This document shows, piece by piece, positions 29,471 through 40,491 of a DNA stretch of 47,730 bases (its first letter is position 1; every line of letters starts with the position of its first letter). Source of the DNA: Candidatus Omnitrophota bacterium (lineage in GTDB: Bacteria; Omnitrophota; Gorgyraeia; Gygaellales; JAMWCP01). Made by a program: the position numbers and the translations under genes. Location of the stretch: assembly GCA_023819505.1 (NCBI GenBank), contig JAMWCN010000001.1, positions 1-47,730 on the forward strand, read 5' to 3'. A model generated the notes under the pieces. It was not told the DNA's origin. It made no database searches and worked only from the letters and a program-made list of their open reading frames with translations.

Positions 29471-31302
29471 TATTCTACAGTCACTGATTTAGCTAAATTG
29501 CGCGGTTGATCCACATCACAGCCTCTTTTTACCGCAATATGATAGGCTAAAAGTTGTAGAGGTAAAGCTACTAACAATGGAGAGAGAAATTCATCTATCT
29601 TAGGAATATAGATAATCTCTTTAGTAAATTCTTCTATTCTCTCATCTCCTTGTGTAGCTATAGCGATGATTTTACCTTGCCGACTTTTAATCTCTTGGAT
29701 ATTAGAGATCATCTTCTCATAAACTTTTGATTCCACACAGATACAGACTACTGCTCGATACTCATCTATTAAAGCGATCGGTCCATGTTTCATTTCTCCT
29801 GCAGGATAACCTTCCGCAGGTATATAAGAGATCTCTTTTAATTTTAAAGCACCTTCCAATGCGGAAGGATAGTTTATATTTCTGCCTAAGTAAAGGAAAG
29901 AGCCAAAATGAGAATGCCTTTTAGCAATCTTTATAACTGTATTTAAATTAGAAAGTATCTGATTTTGTTTTTCAGGAACCCCTTTTAATGCCTCCAGATA
30001 AAATTTTATCTCCTCTTTACTTATAAGACCTCTAAGACTTGCTAAATAAAAAGAGAAAAGATAAAGTATAGCTAACTGCGCAGTATAGGCTTTTGTAGAA
30101 GCAACACTTATCTCCGGACCTGCATGGGTATAGATAACCCCATCAGATTCTCTGGTTAGACTAGAACCTAAGACATTACATACGGAGAGAATCTTTGCTC
30201 CTTTTGCCTTTGCCTCTCTTATACTAGCAATGGTATCAGCTGTCTCTCCAGATTGACTTATCGCAACAACTAATGTCTCTTTATCGATAAGATGCCTGCG
30301 ATAACGAAATTCACTAGAAACCTCTACAGATGTGGGTAGATTACATAAAGCTTCTAAAATATATTTACCAACCAAACCTGCATGGTAAGCGGTTCCGCAG
30401 GCAACGATATAGATACTTTTTATCTTTAAGAAATCTTGCTCTTTTATCCTTAACTCTTCAAAAAATATATCTAGTTCTTTTACCCTACGATTCAAAATTC
30501 CCTCTAAAATCTTTGGTTGCTCATAAATCTCCTTCAACATAAAATGCTTAAAACCAAGCTTCTTTGCCTCTTCTGTTGTCCAATTGATCCGGATGGGTTG
30601 CCTCTCTATTATCTTTCCCTCAAAATCTGTAATTTTAATCTTATCCTTCTTTAAAACAACAATCTCATTTTCCTCTAAAAATATAACCTCCTTTGTATAA
30701 TCTAAAAGAGCAGGTATATCTGAAGCTAAAAAATTCTCTCTTTCGCCTAAACCTACAATCAAAGGACTTTGGAATCTTGCACCAATTAACTTATCCGGTT
30801 CTTTCTCCGAGATCACAGCAATGGCAAATGAACCTTTAAGTCTTTTTACCGCCCTTCTTGTTGCCTCTTCTAAAGAAGAATCCTTATGAAACTTTTCAAT
30901 TAGATGCACAATCACCTCTGTATCTGTCTGACTTCTAAACTGATGAGCTTCCTTTATAAGTTCATCTTTTAATTCTTTATAATTCTCAATTATTCCGTTA
31001 TGAACCAAAACGATTTCTTCTTTACAGTCTAAATGTGGATGGGCATTTATCCTATTTGGCTCACCATGGGTTGCCCAACGGGTATGAGCGATCCCTAAAG
31101 AACCAAAGAGTGGTTTCTTTTCTAAAAGGGATTCTAAACTCTTCACTTTACCTGAAATTTTTCTTATGGAAATTGCTTTTTTATGCTCTAAGTAAGTAGC
31201 CATCCCACTTGAATCGTAACCGCGGTACTCTAAACGTCTTAAACCATCAAGAAGGATCTTTTGGGCAGGCTTTTGACCGATATAACCGATTATTCCGCAC
31301 AT
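29470..31302 (-). CDS. glmS: glutamine--fructose-6-phosphate aminotransferase
   Basis: MCGIIGYIG (Cys2 nucleophile intact), two SIS domains, C-terminal NLAKSVTVE. Confidence 0.97.
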   Translation of the reverse strand: MCGIIGYIGQKPAQKILLDGLRRLEYRGYDSSGMATYLEHKKAISIRKISGKVKSLESLLEKKPLFGSLGIAHTRWATHGEPNRINAHPHLDCKEEIVLVHNGIIENYKELKDELIKEAHQFRSQTDTEVIVHLIEKFHKDSSLEEATRRAVKRLKGSFAIAVISEKEPDKLIGARFQSPLIVGLGERENFLASDIPALLDYTKEVIFLEENEIVVLKKDKIKITDFEGKIIERQPIRINWTTEEAKKLGFKHFMLKEIYEQPKILEGILNRRVKELDIFFEELRIKEQDFLKIKSIYIVACGTAYHAGLVGKYILEALCNLPTSVEVSSEFRYRRHLIDKETLVVAISQSGETADTIASIREAKAKGAKILSVCNVLGSSLTRESDGVIYTHAGPEISVASTKAYTAQLAILYLFSFYLASLRGLISKEEIKFYLEALKGVPEKQNQILSNLNTVIKIAKRHSHFGSFLYLGRNINYPSALEGALKLKEISYIPAEGYPAGEMKHGPIALIDEYRAVVCICVESKVYEKMISNIQEIKSRQGKIIAIATQGDERIEEFTKEIIYIPKIDEFLSPLLVALPLQLLAYHIAVKRGCDVDQPRNLAKSVTVE

Positions 31303-31310
31303 TTTAAAAA

Positions 31311-32249
31311 TTATACATATTCAATAGTACTTGGTGGTTTTGGGGTGATATCGTAAAGAACTTTTACTACCGAAGGTATCTCAGTGGTAATTCTTTTCTG
31401 TATCCGCATCAATTTATTAAAATTGATTCTAGAAGGTTTTGCTCTCAAAGCATCCTCTGAATCTACACATCTTATCGCAATTATATCTCCAAAGGACCTT
31501 TTTCCTTTAGATAAACCTGTAGCTTTATCAGAAAACAAGACTGCAAAAGCTTGAAATTTCTTTATATTTTTTAGTTCCTCCTCTACGATTTTAGTTGCTT
31601 TTCTAATTATCTCTACCTTTTGGGGGGTTACTTCCCCGATTATCCTTGTAGCTAAACCCGGGCCAGGAAAAGGCATACGAGCATAGATAGAAGGAGGCAG
31701 ACCCAGTTCCTTTGCTACCTTTCTTACCTGAGGCTTAAATAGATCCTTTAAAGGTTCAATGATCTTTAGCCCAAATTTTTCCGGTAAAATCCCAATCTGC
31801 TCTAAAACATTATGTTGAGTCTTTATACCTTTTTTTGTCTCAATAATATCTGCAGCGATCGTTCCTTGGATAAGAAATTTTGCTCTGTATTTTTTTACTG
31901 CTTCTCCTAAAACTTCATAAAAGGTCTGACGGAATTTTTTTCTTTTCTCTTCAGGATCAATTATCCCTTTTAAATTTTTAAAAAAATATTTTGCCTTATT
32001 TAAAATAATCAGATCTATCCCTAAATTTTTTAAGATATCACGCACAAACTGAGATTCATCCTGACGCATCAGGCCATCATCGATAAAAATAACCTTTAGC
32101 TTATCTCTTAAAACCCGATGCACTAAAACCGTAGCAGTAGTAGAATCTACCCCTCCAGAGGTAGCAGAGATAGCTTTTTGACCATTAAGGATGGGTTTTA
32201 ATTCTCTTATCTTTTCTTCTATAAATTTTTTAACATTAAATTTTTTCAT
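31311..32249 (-). CDS. guaA: GMP synthase ATP-pyrophosphatase subunit only (GuaA C-terminal half / archaeal GuaAB-like)
   Basis: 312 aa. SATSGGVDSTTA PP-loop, FLIQGTIAADIIE, PFPGPGLATRIIGEVT, C-terminal ...DITPKPPSTIEYV. No N-terminal class I amidotransferase domain. Confidence 0.85.
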   Translation of the reverse strand: MKKFNVKKFIEEKIRELKPILNGQKAISATSGGVDSTTATVLVHRVLRDKLKVIFIDDGLMRQDESQFVRDILKNLGIDLIILNKAKYFFKNLKGIIDPEEKRKKFRQTFYEVLGEAVKKYRAKFLIQGTIAADIIETKKGIKTQHNVLEQIGILPEKFGLKIIEPLKDLFKPQVRKVAKELGLPPSIYARMPFPGPGLATRIIGEVTPQKVEIIRKATKIVEEELKNIKKFQAFAVLFSDKATGLSKGKRSFGDIIAIRCVDSEDALRAKPSRINFNKLMRIQKRITTEIPSVVKVLYDITPKPPSTIEYV

Positions 32250-32274
32250 ATTTTTATCATCCCTCCTTCTTTAT

Positions 32275-32347
32275 CGTCCCCAACCGGATTCGAACCGGTG
32301 CCGAGGGCTCGAAAGGCCCTTGTCCTAGGCCTCTAGACGATGGGGAC
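32275..32347 (-). tRNA. tRNA-Glu (anticodon UUC), no encoded CCA
   Basis: Reverse complement GTCCCCATCGTCTAGAGGCCTAGGACAAGGGCCTTTCGAGCCCTCGGCACCGGTTCGAATCCGGTTGGGGACG. Anticodon loop CTTTCGA. Confidence 0.92.
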
Positions 32348-32353
32348 GAGAAT

Positions 32354-34783
32354 TCAATCTTCCTCTTTTACTACATGAGCTAAGGAAGCAACTTTATCTT
32401 TGGGCTCCAATCTTATAACCCTTACTCCTTGCGCAGATCTACTTGTAAGCCGTATATCTTTTACCAAACAACGCAAAAATATTCCCTTTTGAGTAATTAC
32501 CATAATCTCATCTTTATCTATAACCGCTTTTATCCCTACAACCTTACCATTCTTTGAAGTAATTTTCATATTAATTATTCCTCTGCCTGCCCTTCTCTGT
32601 AAGCGGTATTCTTTTACAGGAGTACGTTTAGCAAAACCAAACTCAGAGATAGTTAATATATCCTTATCTTTACTGACAACTTCCATACCTACTACTTGAT
32701 CATTTTTAGCTAAGTTGATTGCTCTTACTCCCTTAGCAGTCCTGCCCATGGGACGGATTTGACTCTCAGAAAATCTAATTGCTTTACCTAAAGAAGAGGC
32801 AACTAAAATTTCCTGTTTGCCATCTGTTAATTCTACACCGATTAATTCATCATTCTTTTCTAAACTTAGAGCTATTATCCCTGTGCGTCGAGGATTGGAG
32901 AATTCTTTAAGGGAAGTTTTCTTTATTAAACCTGATTTGGTTACCATAACGATAAATTTATCTTCTGAGAATTCCTTAACTGGCATTGTAGCACTTACCT
33001 TTTCATCTGCTGAGATCTGAATAAGATTAATTATAGGCTTGCCTCTTGCAGTCCTACCTGCCTGAGGGATCTCATAAACTTTTAACCAATAAAGTCTTCC
33101 TTTATCAGTAAAGACAAGTAGATAATCTTTTGTAGAAGCAATAAAGAGATGTTCAATAAAATCCTCCTCTTTAAGTTCTGCAGCAGTAACACCCTTTCCG
33201 CCCCTTCTCTGTCGGCGATAACTGGAGACAGCTAACCTTTTAATATAACCGCAATGACTTATAGTTACCACTACATCTTCTTCCGCAATAAGGTCTTCGA
33301 TCTCAAGTTCTTCTACCTCTCTAGCTATCTCTGTAATACGCTGATCAGCGTATCTCTGTTTTAATTGTTGAAGCTCTTCTTTAATAATTTGTTCTATCTT
33401 TTTCTCTGAACCCAATATTGATTGGTAAATTTGAATATTTTTAATCAACTCTAAATACTCCTTATCAATTTTTTCCCTCTCCAAATTGGTAAGCCTTTGC
33501 AGTTGCATCTCTAAGATTGCCTTTGCTTGCACTTCACTCAAAGAGAAATTCTTCATTAAGGCTACCTTAGCAATCTCTGCATCTTTACTGGTCTTAATTA
33601 TCTTTATTACCTTATCTAAATTTTTAAGACAGATTTTAAGCCCCTCTAAAATATGGGCGCGCTGTTTTGCTTTTCCCAAATCAAAAATTGTTCTTCTACG
33701 AATAATCTCTTTTCTATGCAAAACATAACTCTCCAAAAGTTGCTTGAGGTTTAAAATTTTTGGTCTGCCTTCTACCAAAGCTAAATTGATAATCCCATAA
33801 GTTATCTCTAGTTGTGTGTGCTTAAATAACTGATTTATCACAATCTGGGGTTCGGTATCTCTTTTTAGTTCTATTACAATCCTTAATCCCTCTTTATCTG
33901 ATTCATCCCTTATATCAGAGATCCCTTCGATTTTTTTTGTCTCTACTAAATTAGCAATATCTTCGATAAGGGAGGCTTTACTTACCTGAAATGGGATCTG
34001 ACTAATTATAATTAAGTCTTTTGCCTGTTTCTGATGCTCTACAGAAACTTTTGCTCTTAAAGTAATCTTCCCTTTTCCTGTAGAGTAAGCTTCTTTTATC
34101 CCCTCTGTACCACAGATAATACCTCCGGTAGGAAAATCAGGGCCTTTTATATAACGCAAAAGTTCATTTATCTGACAATCAGGATGGTCTAAATAATAGA
34201 GAAGCCCATCTACAACTTCTCCTAAATTATGGGGAGGCATATTTGTAGCCATACCCACAGCAATTCCTGAAGAACCATTTACCAAAAGATTAGGTAGAAG
34301 ACTGGGTAGAACCTGAGGTTCTCTTAAAGAATTATCAAAATTGGGCATAAAATCTACAGTATCCTTTTCAATATCTACTAGCATCTCCTCAGCAATAGGA
34401 AAAAGCCTTGCTTCTGTATAGCGCATCGCTGCAGGAGCATCTCCATCGATTGAACCGAAATTGCCTTGACCTTCAATTAAAGGATAGCGTAGGGAAAAAT
34501 CTTGAGCCATCCTTACTAAACTATCATATACCGCCATATCTCCATGAGGATGGTATCTTCCTAAACAATCTCCTACTATACGGGCGCACTTTTTATAAGG
34601 TTTGTTATGTTCTAAGTTTAATTCCTTCATTGTGTAGAGGATCCTTCTCTGAACTGGCTTTAATCCATCCCGCACATCAGGAAGGGCTCTGCCTACGATT
34701 ACACTCATAGCATAGTTCAGGTAAGAATCCTTTACCTCTTCTTCAATATACCGATTAATTATTTTCTCATTCCTTGCATACAT
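32354..34783 (-). CDS. gyrA: DNA gyrase subunit A
   Basis: [10 protein letters not shown] (catalytic Tyr), HPHGD, GyrA box QRRGGKG, beta-pinwheel C-terminal domain. Confidence 0.97.
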   Translation of the reverse strand: MYARNEKIINRYIEEEVKDSYLNYAMSVIVGRALPDVRDGLKPVQRRILYTMKELNLEHNKPYKKCARIVGDCLGRYHPHGDMAVYDSLVRMAQDFSLRYPLIEGQGNFGSIDGDAPAAMRYTEARLFPIAEEMLVDIEKDTVDFMPNFDNSLREPQVLPSLLPNLLVNGSSGIAVGMATNMPPHNLGEVVDGLLYYLDHPDCQINELLRYIKGPDFPTGGIICGTEGIKEAYSTGKGKITLRAKVSVEHQKQAKDLIIISQIPFQVSKASLIEDIANLVETKKIEGISDIRDESDKEGLRIVIELKRDTEPQIVINQLFKHTQLEITYGIINLALVEGRPKILNLKQLLESYVLHRKEIIRRRTIFDLGKAKQRAHILEGLKICLKNLDKVIKIIKTSKDAEIAKVALMKNFSLSEVQAKAILEMQLQRLTNLEREKIDKEYLELIKNIQIYQSILGSEKKIEQIIKEELQQLKQRYADQRITEIAREVEELEIEDLIAEEDVVVTISHCGYIKRLAVSSYRRQRRGGKGVTAAELKEEDFIEHLFIASTKDYLLVFTDKGRLYWLKVYEIPQAGRTARGKPIINLIQISADEKVSATMPVKEFSEDKFIVMVTKSGLIKKTSLKEFSNPRRTGIIALSLEKNDELIGVELTDGKQEILVASSLGKAIRFSESQIRPMGRTAKGVRAINLAKNDQVVGMEVVSKDKDILTISEFGFAKRTPVKEYRLQRRAGRGIINMKITSKNGKVVGIKAVIDKDEIMVITQKGIFLRCLVKDIRLTSRSAQGVRVIRLEPKDKVASLAHVVKEED

Positions 34784-34787
34784 ATTT

Positions 34788-37187
<2,400 letters not shown>

Positions 37188-37448
37188 TTAACCTTTAAGA
37201 CAGAACTTTACATCTTTTAATCCTAAATCTTCTAAAATTTTTTCTTTTTTCTGATGTAGATGATAAAGCCATGCTGAAGAATCTATCCCAATAGATAATA
37301 TACCATTATAGAATGAGAGAAATTTTATATGCCTGTATTCTGTCTTTGTCAAGATTTTTTTTAACTGTTTACTGTAAAAAGATAATTTTTTCCTCTTATT
37401 TAAAGAAAGCTCTCCTATAACTTCTTTAACTATATTTTTACATTCCAT
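37188..37448 (-). CDS. DUF721 (DciA-like) protein
   Basis: 86 aa. Sits in the conserved slot between dnaN and gyrB. ...GILSIGIDSSAWLYHL... resembles the DUF721 core. Confidence 0.55.
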   Translation of the reverse strand: MECKNIVKEVIGELSLNKRKKLSFYSKQLKKILTKTEYRHIKFLSFYNGILSIGIDSSAWLYHLHQKKEKILEDLGLKDVKFCLKG

Positions 37449-37451
37449 AGT

Positions 37452-38543
37452 TTAGCTTAAACGCATAGGTAGAACTATATAGAGGTAATCTGGTTTTCTA
37501 ATTACTGCGGGCTTTTCCGATTCAGTAAATTCTATTTCAACTTTTTCATCTTTTAATACCTTTAAAACATCGATTAAAAAATCAGGGTTAAAACCAATTA
37601 CCAAATCTTTTCCGGTATAATCTATTCCTACCTCCTCCCTTAGCTCACCAATATCAGGAGTAGATTTAGAAATAACTAGTTTATTTTTAGTAAGCTCTAA
37701 TTTTACCGCCTGATAATCCGGAGTTGCCAAAAGATTTGCCCTTCTTATCCCTCCTAAAAAAGCTTCTCTTGAAATGAGCATTTTACAATTAGATACAGCA
37801 GGAATTACCTGTTGGTAATCAGGGAATTCTCCCTCTATAAGCCGAGAAATAATAGTTAAGCCATCCAATTCAAACATTACCTGATTTTTGTCCAAAATAA
37901 GTTTTAATTGTTTTCCCTCCTCTAAATTACGATTCAATTCATGGATAGCTTTTATAGGAATAATAATTTTTATCTCTTTATTTATAGGATTGGTTAGTTT
38001 TCTTTTAGCAATTGCTAACCTTCTTCCATCTGTAGCTACCACATTTAAAGAATTATTCTTTATCTCAAAGAGAATACCATTAAGGATGTATCTTGTCTCT
38101 TCTGTTGATACAGCAAAAGAGGTTAATTCTAACATTTCTTTTAAAATTCCTTGTTCTAAAATAATTACCTCTTTATTTTTAAATTCAGGTAATTTTGGAA
38201 ATTCTTCTTTAGGAAGACCGGTTATCTTAAATTCACAGAAATCTGTTTTAATAATTAGGGTATTGTTTTTTTTAGTAGTTATCTCTACATCCTCTGTAGG
38301 TAACTCCCTAATAATATCACTGAATCTTTTTGCAGGTACACTTATACCTCCAGATTCAGTTACCTCTGTAGTTAAATTTACAATTATTCCTATATCTAAA
38401 TCTGTAGCGCTAAGTATAATACTTTCCTGTTGGGTTTGTAATAAAATATAAGAAAGAATTGGTAGGGTAGATTTTGTAGTAATTACTCCTTGAATTTTTT
38501 GAATTCCAGAGATTAAATTTTGTTTTTTAATCTTTATCCACAT
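37452..38543 (-). CDS. dnaN: DNA polymerase III beta sliding clamp
   Basis: 363 aa with three-domain clamp pattern (TKSTLPILSYILL..., TDGRRLA..., ...YLYIVLPMRL). Confidence 0.95.
   Translation of the reverse strand: MWIKIKKQNLISGIQKIQGVITTKSTLPILSYILLQTQQESIILSATDLDIGIIVNLTTEVTESGGISVPAKRFSDIIRELPTEDVEITTKKNNTLIIKTDFCEFKITGLPKEEFPKLPEFKNKEVIILEQGILKEMLELTSFAVSTEETRYILNGILFEIKNNSLNVVATDGRRLAIAKRKLTNPINKEIKIIIPIKAIHELNRNLEEGKQLKLILDKNQVMFELDGLTIISRLIEGEFPDYQQVIPAVSNCKMLISREAFLGGIRRANLLATPDYQAVKLELTKNKLVISKSTPDIGELREEVGIDYTGKDLVIGFNPDFLIDVLKVLKDEKVEIEFTESEKPAVIRKPDYLYIVLPMRLS
38534..38542 (+). promoter_or_regulatory. perfect consensus DnaA box TTATCCACA
   Basis: ttatccaca read directly. It overlaps the first codons of dnaN (ATG TGG ATA A on the minus strand) at the edge of the AT-rich dnaA-dnaN spacer. 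Confidence 0.6.
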
Positions 38544-38655
38544 ATATACCTCCTGTTATTATTTTTAAATTTCATAGTAATATTAGTTAATTGTTAATAT
38601 TTTTAAAAAACCAATTTTAAATATAAAATAACTAATAAGATCTGTTAATTATCTG
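38544..38655. other. extremely AT-rich dnaA-dnaN spacer, candidate DNA-unwinding part of a bipartite oriC
   Basis: 112 nt with very few G/C. Contains TAGTAATATTAG (38575..38586) and the direct repeat ATCTGTTAAT x2 (38640..38660). Flanked by a perfect DnaA box. Confidence 0.35.
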
Positions 38656-39993
38656 TTAATAAGATTTTATAATTTTAATAATCTCCTCTATTTTATTCTG
38701 TAATTGAGGATTTAAATTTAATTCTGATTTTATTTTATTATAAGCATGCAAAACTGTAGTATGGTCTTTTCCCCCTAAATATTCTCCAATTTCAGGTAGT
38801 GATAATTCTGTTAATTCTCTACATAGATACATAGCTAATTGACGGCAAAATACGATATTTTTATTTCTCTTTTTACTTTTTAATTCCACCAAAGATAGAC
38901 CAAAAAAAGAAGCTACACAATTTAATATCTGTTCTATAGTTATAAGTTTCTGAGGTTCTTTTATAAGGTCTCTTAAAACCTCTTTTGTTAAATCTAAAGT
39001 TATAGGTTTATTTTCTAACATCGCATAAGCAATTACTCTAATTAAGGCTCCCTCTAACTCTCTGATATTAGTTTTTATAAGTTGAGCGATGAAGTATATT
39101 ACCTCATCATCCATCTTTATAGGTTCATTCTCTATCTTTTTTTTTAGAATAGCGATGCGCGTTTCTAAATCTGGTGGTTGGATATCGGTAATTAGACCCC
39201 AACCAAAACGCGAAACAAGCCTTTCCTCTAAATGAGGTATCTCTTTAGGTGATCTATCAGAAGAGATAATTATCTGTTTATGTGCGTCATAGAGAGTATT
39301 GAAGGTATGAAAGAACTCTTCCTGGGTTGATTCTTTACCTGCAATAAAATGAATATCATCAATCACTAATACATCAACATTCCTATATCTCTGACGGAAA
39401 GTTGAGGTAGTCTGGTGTCTTATTGCTTCAATAAGTTCATTAGTAAATTTTTCTGAAGGGATATAAAGGACCTTTAAGGTATCTTTGTAAATCTGTTTTA
39501 CCCGATAACAGATCGCTTGCATAAGGTGAGTTTTTCCAAGGCCCACTCCTCCATAGATAAATAAAGGATTGTAGGATTTACCTGGGGATTCTGCCACTGC
39601 TAAGGAGCAGGCATGGGCAAAACGGTTAGAAGGTCCAACTACGAAATTTTCAAAAGTATACCTCGGATTTAAAATCGAAGTCGTGCTTTGTTCTCTTATT
39701 CTATTTTCAAATTCCTTATGTTTTTTTTCTAAATCTTTGTTTCTCAAATTTGGGTTTATAACTAACTCTACAGATAATTCTTTTTGGAGATTATTTTTAA
39801 TTATTTTCTTAATCAATTCTAAATAATGTTCTCTTATCCATCCTTTAAAGAATTCATCAGGAACTTCTAAGATAATCTCTTTATCAGTTATTTCTTTAAA
39901 ATTTAAAGGTTTAATCCAGGCCTCAAAAAGAGTCTCTCCTAATTCGCTCTTTAAGGCTTCCTTAATTTTTTCCCAATTCTGTTTTATTCCCAT
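38656..39993 (-). CDS. dnaA: chromosomal replication initiator DnaA
   Basis: GGVGLGKTHL Walker A, VIDDIHFIAGK, C-terminal HTH ...GGKDHTTVLHAYNKI. Confidence 0.97.
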   Translation of the reverse strand: MGIKQNWEKIKEALKSELGETLFEAWIKPLNFKEITDKEIILEVPDEFFKGWIREHYLELIKKIIKNNLQKELSVELVINPNLRNKDLEKKHKEFENRIREQSTTSILNPRYTFENFVVGPSNRFAHACSLAVAESPGKSYNPLFIYGGVGLGKTHLMQAICYRVKQIYKDTLKVLYIPSEKFTNELIEAIRHQTTSTFRQRYRNVDVLVIDDIHFIAGKESTQEEFFHTFNTLYDAHKQIIISSDRSPKEIPHLEERLVSRFGWGLITDIQPPDLETRIAILKKKIENEPIKMDDEVIYFIAQLIKTNIRELEGALIRVIAYAMLENKPITLDLTKEVLRDLIKEPQKLITIEQILNCVASFFGLSLVELKSKKRNKNIVFCRQLAMYLCRELTELSLPEIGEYLGGKDHTTVLHAYNKIKSELNLNPQLQNKIEEIIKIIKSY

Positions 39994-39996
39994 GAT

Positions 39997-40025
39997 TTTT
40001 GCACAATTTCCACAACTTATTCACA
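39997..40025 (+). promoter_or_regulatory. three head-to-tail DnaA-box-like 9-mers between dnaA and rpmH
   Basis: TTTTGCACA (39997..40005, 7/9), ATTTCCACA (40006..40014, 7/9), TTATTCACA (40017..40025, fits TTATNCACA). Confidence 0.5.
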
Positions 40026-40093
40026 AAAATAATTCTTCTGTAGAAATCTTATTATAACAGGAATATGGGTATTTTCAAGCTTTTTCTTTTTTC

Positions 40094-40121
40094 TTGACTG
40101 GATATTTTTTTATGTTATAAT
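40094..40121 (+). promoter_or_regulatory. rpmH promoter (TTGACT-16-TATAAT with TGn)
   Basis: ttgact at 40094..40099, tataat at 40116..40121 preceded by tgt. 16 nt upstream of the rpmH ATG. Confidence 0.55.
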
Positions 40122-40137
40122 TTTTTTACTTTTAAAA

Positions 40138-40278
40138 ATGAAAAAACATCTTAAGACTCCCACAAATATTAGAGGTAAGCGCAGGCACGGTTTTTTAAGA
40201 CGGATGCGCACCTCTGCAGGAAGAAAAATTCTTAGTCGGAGAAGACATAAAGGAAGGAAAAGACTTATTCCCTTATGA
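40138..40278 (+). CDS. rpmH: 50S ribosomal protein L34
   Basis: Too short for the ORF track. My translation is [46 protein letters not shown]. The TGA overlaps the yidD ATG (ATGA). Confidence 0.93.
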   Translation: MKKHLKTPTNIRGKRRHGFLRRMRTSAGRKILSRRRHKGRKRLIPL

Positions 40279-40490
40279 TAAAGAAATTTTTATTAGCAGT
40301 TCTCTCCTTCTATCAAAATTATATCTCCGGGCTCCTTCCGAAGAGTTGTTATTTTGAGCCTTCTTGTTCACAATACAGTCGTGAAGTTATATTAAAGGAA
40401 GGAGTATTTTTAGGTCTTCTGAAAAGTTTTTTGCGTCTTCTCAGATGCCAAGGATTTTCAAAAATAGTTTTTAGAAAAAACTCCTCTTAA
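40275..40490 (+). CDS. yidD: membrane protein insertion efficiency factor YidD
   Basis: [27 protein letters not shown]...LRLLRC matches the YidD pattern FYQ..IS....C.F.P.CS.Y. Confidence 0.85.
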   Translation: MIKKFLLAVLSFYQNYISGLLPKSCYFEPSCSQYSREVILKEGVFLGLLKSFLRLLRCQGFSKIVFRKNSS

Positions 40491-40491
40491 G

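Noticed and set aside
31303-31310. glmS ribozyme upstream of glmS
   Set aside because: Only 8 nt separate glmS from the preceding gene, so there is no room for the roughly 170-nt ribozyme.
37888-38451. Long plus-strand ORF (187 aa) antisense to dnaN. Similar antisense ORFs lie at 25964..26389, 25262..25636, 13439..13798, 11956..12231, 26880..27182, 19643..19912 and elsewhere.
   Set aside because: They lie entirely inside strongly supported minus-strand genes. Their products are low-complexity Ser/Phe/Leu/Ile-rich mirror translations of Lys/Glu-rich coding DNA, they lack SDs, and they show no recognisable motifs. These are typical shadow ORFs in AT-rich genomes.
38640-38660. Direct repeat ATCTGTTAAT x2 at the dnaA stop as DnaA boxes
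   Set aside because: It matches the DnaA box only in TTATC and lacks the CACA half. It is kept as a note within the origin finding and not called a binding site.
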